Assembly: GCA_964577555.1 (NCBI GenBank)
Contig: CAZNZM010000010.1
Location: 1-32,000, forward strand
DNA length: 32,000 nt
Direction: 5' to 3'
Source of the DNA: an uncultured archaeon
Lineage (GTDB): Archaea; Iainarchaeota; Iainarchaeia; Iainarchaeales; Iainarchaeaceae
Position numbers and translations under genes: made by a program. Shown here in pieces: positions 29,245 through 32,000 of the stretch; position 1 is the first letter of the stretch, and each line of letters opens with the position of its first letter. The notes beneath the pieces are model-generated. The model was not told the DNA's origin and made no database searches. It was given only the letters and a program-made list of their open reading frames with translations.

Positions 29245-29595
29245 TTATCCTATCATTTTTCCATGAAATAAACCTTGTTGTTCGTCATTTTTAATTTTTG
29301 GGTTTTTTTGTTCGATTTTTTCTTTCAATTTTTGCACAATTTTTTTTCCTTTGGATTCGTTGATTATTGCAACGATTTCGTGTTTTGGTACAGGGGCGCC
29401 GCCGACTGCAACAGGCGAGTAGTCAACCGAAACATAATCGTTTTCCTTGATGTCTTTTGCTATCATTGGATTTACTTTGAATATTATCAGGTTGTCGTCC
29501 CACATTTCTACAAGCGCTTGGCTTGTTTGTTCTGCAAATTTTGAACCTTTTTCTTCCGGGTTAAGTATGTGAATAACTTTTCCTATGTGATACAT
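29245..29595 (-). CDS. Small conserved-looking soluble protein, function unknown
   Basis: 116 aa; 'DYVSVDYSPVAVGGAPVPKHEIVAIINESKGKKI'; normal-looking coding composition. Confidence 0.65.
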   Translation of the reverse strand: MYHIGKVIHILNPEEKGSKFAEQTSQALVEMWDDNLIIFKVNPMIAKDIKENDYVSVDYSPVAVGGAPVPKHEIVAIINESKGKKIVQKLKEKIEQKNPKIKNDEQQGLFHGKMIG

Positions 29596-29704
29596 TATAA
29601 CACCTCTTTAACAAAATTGATGGCTTAAGGTTATAAATAGTTTCAAAGAAAATTTTGGTTTTTAATTTTATTGTGCTTTGACAATTGGTGTGGCTTTTAT
29701 TATT

Positions 29705-30418
29705 TTATTTTAAAAGTATTGATGCTATAAAAGCAAGGCTGAAAAGTATTGGCTGATGTAACAAGTAAATCAGCATTGAATTTCTGCCGAGTTTTTGCAA
29801 TAATTTTGGGATTATTCCATTTGGTTTTTCAATTTCAAACGCAAGTTTGTTGTTTTTGTAAAAAAAGTGCCAAAGAAAAGAGCCTAAAAGCATTACTCCT
29901 GTCCATGGAAAAACTGGAAAAAAATCAAATGTTGGCTTTGGCTTGGAAAAACCCAGCCAAACAAGCCAGTCAATGTTTATTTGTTTTAAATCAAAAACAA
30001 ACGGCAAAGCGATTGTAATAATAGCTCCTGCAAGACTTGTTGTTTTGTTGCCGACAAATGGAATTGAAAGAATTGTTGAAACAGCTATCAAGTGTATTAT
30101 TCCAAAATAAATAAAGTTTTCAGGGAATAGTGCAAACGTAACACCCGATATAAGCAAGGCTATACAAGAAAGTTTTAAGCTTTTTTTTGCAAAACTCGCG
30201 AAAATGTTTGTATTATTTTTTTGTACTTTCATTGCAAGCGTTGCGCCAGAAATAATTAGAAAAAGGCTTGCGGTTGCTATTTGGAAAGCCCCAAAAAACC
30301 CAGTGTAAAGGTTTTCGTTTATAAACCCAAAAAAGTTTAAGTCCCAAAAGGCATGGAATGTAATCATCATTATAATGGCGATTCCTCGCAAAAAATCTAT
30401 TTCCCAAAGCCTTTTCAT
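29705..30418 (-). CDS. DUF1624 / heparan-alpha-glucosaminide N-acetyltransferase catalytic-domain-like membrane protein
   Basis: 237 aa; 'RLWEIDFLRGIAIIMMITFHAFWDLNFFG', 'GVMLLGSFLWHFFYKN', 'NSMLIYLLHQPIL'. Confidence 0.85.
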   Translation of the reverse strand: MKRLWEIDFLRGIAIIMMITFHAFWDLNFFGFINENLYTGFFGAFQIATASLFLIISGATLAMKVQKNNTNIFASFAKKSLKLSCIALLISGVTFALFPENFIYFGIIHLIAVSTILSIPFVGNKTTSLAGAIITIALPFVFDLKQINIDWLVWLGFSKPKPTFDFFPVFPWTGVMLLGSFLWHFFYKNNKLAFEIEKPNGIIPKLLQKLGRNSMLIYLLHQPILFSLAFIASILLK

Positions 30419-30511
30419 TCAAAAGATCTTCTTTGAAAAACCTTTTATGTTGTTTTTTCAAAATGTTTTGGTTTTATAAACACTTTTTTATGTTAATACA
30501 TCCAAGTTATT

Positions 30512-31762
30512 ATGAATCTTAAAGGAATAAAACTTGATTCTGATATTGTAAAAGCCATAAAAGAAATCGGTTTTTCTGAATTTACTTTGATTCAAGAAAA
30601 AAGCATTCCTTTGATATTGGAAGGAAAAGATATTATCGGGCAGTCAAGTACTGGTTCTGGCAAAACCGCTGCTTTTGGCTTGCCAATTGTTGAAAATGTA
30701 AAGCATGGACAAGGCGTTCAAGCTCTTATTCTTACGCCAACTCGCGAGCTTTGTGTGCAAGTTGCAAATGCTATTTCGGTTTTTGCCAAGTATCGTAAAT
30801 TAAAAGTAATGGCTGTTTTTGGCGGAGTTTCGATTAATCCACAAAAAGAAGGTTTGAAATCTGCTGAAATTGTTGTTGGCACTCCTGGCAGAATACTTGA
30901 CCATTTGAATTCCAGGTCATTAAAACTTGACAAAGTACGTTTTTTTGTTTTGGATGAAACCGACAGAATGTGCGACATGGGTTTTTTTGACGATGTTAAA
31001 AAAATAATTGATCAAGTTCCAAAGTCCAGGCAAATAATGCTTTTTAGTGCCACAATAACAAAGGATATTCAAAAAATTGTTTCTTTGTATATGCGCAATC
31101 CTGTTACAATACGTGGAGACCAGTTTGTTGATCCTGCTTTGCTTGAACAAGTTTATTATGATGTTGCCTCAAATGAAAAATTTGCTGTGTTGGTTCATCT
31201 TTTAAAAAATAATTCTGCTGGTCTTTCAATGGTTTTTTGTGGAACAAGGAGAATGGCTGATGTTGTGGCTAGAAATCTTAGAAAAAATGGTTTGAATGCC
31301 ATGCCAATACATGGAGGTTTGACGCAAAACAAGAGGCTTCATGCAATTCATTCTTTGAAAAACAAGCACATTGATATATTAGTAGCCACTGATGTGGCGG
31401 CTAGGGGGCTTGATATTGGAGGAGTAAATTTTGTTTATAACTATGATGTGCCAAAAACTTATGAAGAATACATTCATCGAATAGGAAGAACAGCGCGCGC
31501 TGGAAAAAATGGGCTTGCAATAACTCTTCTTTCACCGTTTGACCACATCAATTTTAGGAATATTTTGCGCAATTCTTCGCTTAATATAAAAAATTTGCCT
31601 ACTCCTGCCGTTGAGCCAATTAAACTTAAAACTAACAATAATTGGCATGGAAAGTCAAGCCATTCATATCACGGTTTTCATTCAAGTGACAGGCATCATA
31701 ATAATCAACGCCGACACTTGAGGCGAGGCTCTCATTCAAAGAAATATTCAAGGCAACATTAG
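30512..31762 (+). CDS. DEAD-box-family ATP-dependent RNA helicase (motif II DETD)
   Basis: 416 aa; 'TLIQEKSIPLILEGKDIIGQSSTGSGKTAA', 'PTRELC', 'GTPGRILDHL', 'VLDETDRMCDMGF', 'LFSAT', 'VATDVAARGLDI', 'YIHRIGRTARAG'. Confidence 0.96.
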   Translation: MNLKGIKLDSDIVKAIKEIGFSEFTLIQEKSIPLILEGKDIIGQSSTGSGKTAAFGLPIVENVKHGQGVQALILTPTRELCVQVANAISVFAKYRKLKVMAVFGGVSINPQKEGLKSAEIVVGTPGRILDHLNSRSLKLDKVRFFVLDETDRMCDMGFFDDVKKIIDQVPKSRQIMLFSATITKDIQKIVSLYMRNPVTIRGDQFVDPALLEQVYYDVASNEKFAVLVHLLKNNSAGLSMVFCGTRRMADVVARNLRKNGLNAMPIHGGLTQNKRLHAIHSLKNKHIDILVATDVAARGLDIGGVNFVYNYDVPKTYEEYIHRIGRTARAGKNGLAITLLSPFDHINFRNILRNSSLNIKNLPTPAVEPIKLKTNNNWHGKSSHSYHGFHSSDRHHNNQRRHLRRGSHSKKYSRQH

Positions 31763-31792
31763 GCAAATAAAAAATAAATTTTGGCTTGCAAA

Positions 31793-32000
31793 TTAACTGC
31801 ATCCGCTTGTGGCGCCGCAATCTTCGCATACTGTGCAAGCACCATTTCTTTTAACGCGCATTGAACCGCAACTCGCACAAGAGTCTCCAGTATAACCCTT
31901 GTTGCGCGCCAATTTTGTCTTTATTTCTTCTTCTTTGCCCATCTTGTCCAATTCTTCCATTGTTTTTGGCGTTTCTTTTTTGGCTTCAAGTTCTGGCGGA
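31793..32000 (-). CDS. nrdJ: C-terminal end of adenosylcobalamin-dependent (class II) ribonucleotide reductase (partial, cut by window edge)
   Basis: Reverse-strand translation ends '...KLARNKGYTGDSCASCGSMRVKRNGACTVCEDCGATSGCS*', the zinc-ribbon/redox-Cys tail typical of NrdJ. Absent from the supplied ORF track. Confidence 0.85.
   Translation of the reverse strand, partial: PPELEAKKETPKTMEELDKMGKEEEIKTKLARNKGYTGDSCASCGSMRVKRNGACTVCEDCGATSGCS

Overview
AT-rich archaeal chromosomal window, probably from a DPANN-type lineage (inference from gene content; I could not place it taxonomically). It carries housekeeping genes: glmS-glmM-LbH acetyltransferase operon, HerA/FtsK-like ATPase, malic enzyme, fused GMP synthase, proteasome-activating nucleotidase, site-2 protease, FtsZ, a DEAD-box-type helicase, and the C-terminal end of a B12-dependent ribonucleotide reductase cut by the window edge. 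There are three RNA genes: tRNA-Ala(CGC), tRNA-Asn(GTT) and SRP RNA. The best candidate for an unusual system is the compact four-gene minus-strand cluster at 25182..29077. It encodes a VirB2/TrbC-like small membrane protein, a TrbL/VirB6-like polytopic membrane protein, a PrgI/VirB3-like protein and a VirB4-like ATPase. It looks like a minimal type IV secretion or DNA-import apparatus, with no relaxase or coupling protein in view. Other notable signals are a dispersed family of long, strand-biased T-rich tracts, each ending at the stop codon of a minus-strand gene, a Cys-rich repeat lipoprotein, a half-TBP protein, an HTH protein with an S-layer-like C-terminus ending in an EF-hand-like loop, and a palindromic putative operator between padR and a nitroreductase gene.
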